From Carcharhinus amblyrhynchos (taxonomy: Eukaryota), in assembly GCA_965287045.1 (NCBI GenBank), contig OZ336884.1:45942001-46006000 (forward strand): 64,000 bases of DNA, read 5' to 3'. A program made the position numbers and the translations under genes. Each line of letters begins with the position of its first letter. Position 1 is the stretch's first letter. The notes under the pieces are model-generated. The model did no database searches. It was given only the letters and a program-made list of their open reading frames with translations, and was not told the DNA's origin. Positions 61,517 to 64,000 of the stretch are shown piece after piece.

Positions 61517-63207
61517 AGTCATGGAACTTGCAGATACTTACGTTATCACAGGATCATTACAATGCAGAAAGCAGACAGTTAGCCCATTAAATCATGTTGA
61601 GGTTATTATATGGTTGTGAATTTAGGACAAAACTACATTATTACAAAACTGTGATTAAAGCACAAAATTGTACTTTACGTTTTGATTCATGTTTAATGAA
61701 ATGAATAAATACAGTATTTGCATTCCCGGATGTCATCAAGGATTCAACCATCAAAGGCGCATTGCTAATGTCATGAACGGGAATTCTTTTTTCTCAAAAA
61801 AACTAATTTTTCCAACCATCTCACCTATCTATCCATGTTGTGACTACAGGATTGATGCTTGGAGGCATGGAGGCTGACAAATTAAAGGCGTTTTATTAAC
61901 GAGGTGTGTTTAGTATAGGTTGCTTCTTTGCTCTGCACAGTCACCCACACTGGCTTCTGATGACATCATGCCATCACACATATATCATTATACAGTGCAG
62001 CTTCAGTGCTGCTTCTCAGAAATCAATATAAATACATGACAACCATTACGAACACCCTAAAGTTTATTAGTCACAAGTAGACTTACATTGCACTGCAATG
62101 AAGTTACTGTGAAAACCCTACTCCTGCACTCATTCATCCACGGACCTATTCACTCATATTCAAAGAGTGGCCATTTAAAATTAAAATATGGCAGTTAGCG
62201 CTGAAAAAGGGGTCACGTGTTGTCTTTTCCCAACTCTACTTTGCTTCAATGGAGCTCGACGATGGACACTGTGCTTGTGTTTCTGGAAACACCAGATTCA
62301 TAAAGGAACAGTGGAGCAGTGTCAAGTTGGACAAATTTGAGGAAAGTTGCAATCTAACAACAGTTGCCACTCCTCGCAAGATCCTGACTGTATTTTCACT
62401 TAAGAGCCGATTCAACAACCAGGAAAGGTACAGGAAGCCCAAATTCTGTTCCAGCAAAATGGTGACTAAATTTTCAACAGCTTGCAATTCAATACACAAA
62501 TTTCCTTCAATATGTTCTCTGCACAGTTTAAAATTTGTGTAAGCATCACAGTGTGGGAGTCATGTAAAAAAGAAGGATCATGTTACTGCTCAAGAGTAAC
62601 TGCATTAAAGTTAGAAGATGGACAGATGGAGAGATATTTTGTTTTTTTAAAGAAAGCTTTAAGAAAGACTCAATCAAAAAGACAATGCACAGGAGAAACA
62701 TCAAATGGAGTCTGTGGATTAATGGCAAAATGACATTGCTTTCAACTATTTTTTTCTTGATCACAAAAGTATCTATTCTGATGTAAGTTATTCAAGGTCC
62801 ATCCTGTTTGGTTTTCAGAACATCCTTTCCAGAGGATAGAAATGCAAATTGCCATGCAAACAGCTGCAGCTAAACATTGCTGACAATAACTGATGGACTT
62901 GGAAACAAGTGCAAGAGAAGATTACATACTTAGTGTAGCAAAGAAAGACTAATTAACAACATCGTACATCAGGTAAATGGCAGATTAAGGTTCTACACCA
63001 CAAAGTATTGTTTGAAATTCTTCCAGATTTACTACTTATCCATATCAATTTTTTTGATGCAACTCCTGCATATCCTACTTTAAAAGGGCGCATTCACGAT
63101 ACAGCATACAAATGCACTCACACCAATCTGTTTCCATCTTGATATCTAGAATTGATGTTAAATTGCATTCATGGCAATAATCAGTGATCTCCTGCACCTA
63201 AGAAAAG

Positions 63208-63292
63208 GCCTTTCCTGAAGAAGGAGCTTGAGGCTCCGAAAGCTAGTGCTGCCAAATAAACTTGGACTTTAACCTGGTGTTGTGAGGCTTCT
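63208..63292 (+). ncRNA. Single-arm Penelope-derived insertion with the best-preserved minimal hammerhead core (copy 5)
   Basis: CTGAAGA (63215-63221), A, GGAGC-TTGAG-GCTCC, GAAA, GCTA, GTG. 9-bp TSD TAAGAAAAG at 63199-63207 and 63293-63301. Confidence 0.75.
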
Positions 63293-64000
63293 TAAGAAAA
63301 GACACCAGTGTGCTGACAACGAGCAACCACTTCCCATGAATTGAAAAGGAGATGCAAATGCTGGCTGCACTTGTGTGATCCTTGTGCCAGCAAAACAATG
63401 CCTGAGCGAGAGGCATACAGACTGAGGGAAGTGGGAGCACAATTTCAAAGTCACACTTTGGCTACAGGCACAAAGCAAGGCTGCTCAATTGATTCTGAGC
63501 AAACCAAAGCAGTGCTCTTGACTCATTAATCAGGCACATGCAAAAGGTTTGTAGGAAATGTCTGATGTCCCTTCTTGCTCTCCCTGGAAACTTCCTTTGC
63601 CCTATATTCTCAGGCAAGAAAAACATTTATTCAACCTTTTATAACAATTTTCTTTCATTTCCTTATTGCAATTTTCAGTATCTACAAGGCAAAGTGAAAA
63701 ATTGTCTAGCTGTGTCCTGTTCACGTAAAGCAGGGCAAATCTAATCTAATCAATTATTGACTCATCAGCCTACTCTCAATCGGCAGCAAAATGTTGGAAT
63801 GTGTCATCAATACGGCTATCAATCGGCACTTACTAAGCAATGACATACTCAATAATGCTTAGTTTTGAGTTCCATTAGGATAATTCAGCTGCAGGCCATG
63901 TTGAAGCCTTGATGCAAACATGGACAATACAGCTGAATACCAGGGTTGACTCAATAGCGACATCAAGGCTGCATTTGGGCAAGTATATCGTCCAAAGTCC

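Noticed and set aside
63700-63960. Non-repetitive stretch with repeated TCAATCGGCA motif, possible enhancer
   Set aside because: Cannot be supported without conservation or chromatin data.

Overview
This is repeat-rich vertebrate genomic DNA, most likely a cartilaginous fish (shark). That is inferred from HE1-like tRNA SINEs, CR1 LINEs with (TTCTTATG)n tails, a Deu-domain SINE, and Penelope-like and Rex1 elements. No intact host protein-coding gene is evident. Main contents: (1) a young, 5'-truncated CR1 LINE on the minus strand (19375-22938) with an open 979-aa APE+RT ORF2, the SGNH-esterase end of ORF1, and an in-phase U_UUA_AAC slippery heptamer at the ORF1 stop; (2) a family of short Penelope-derived, mostly palindromic insertions with 9-13 bp target-site duplications (TSDs) that carry minimal type-I hammerhead ribozyme cores (five copies, plus one copy of a second family); (3) a decayed multi-exon WD40 gene on the minus strand (~29.5-57.3 kb), resembling the WDR49/WDR64/WDR95/WDY group, with clean splice sites but broken reading frames; (4) many decayed CR1, L2, RTE, Rex1, pogo, Harbinger/MITE, SINE and LTR-like fragments. 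Boundaries of decayed repeats are approximate. Family assignments come from motif recognition by eye, not database searches.
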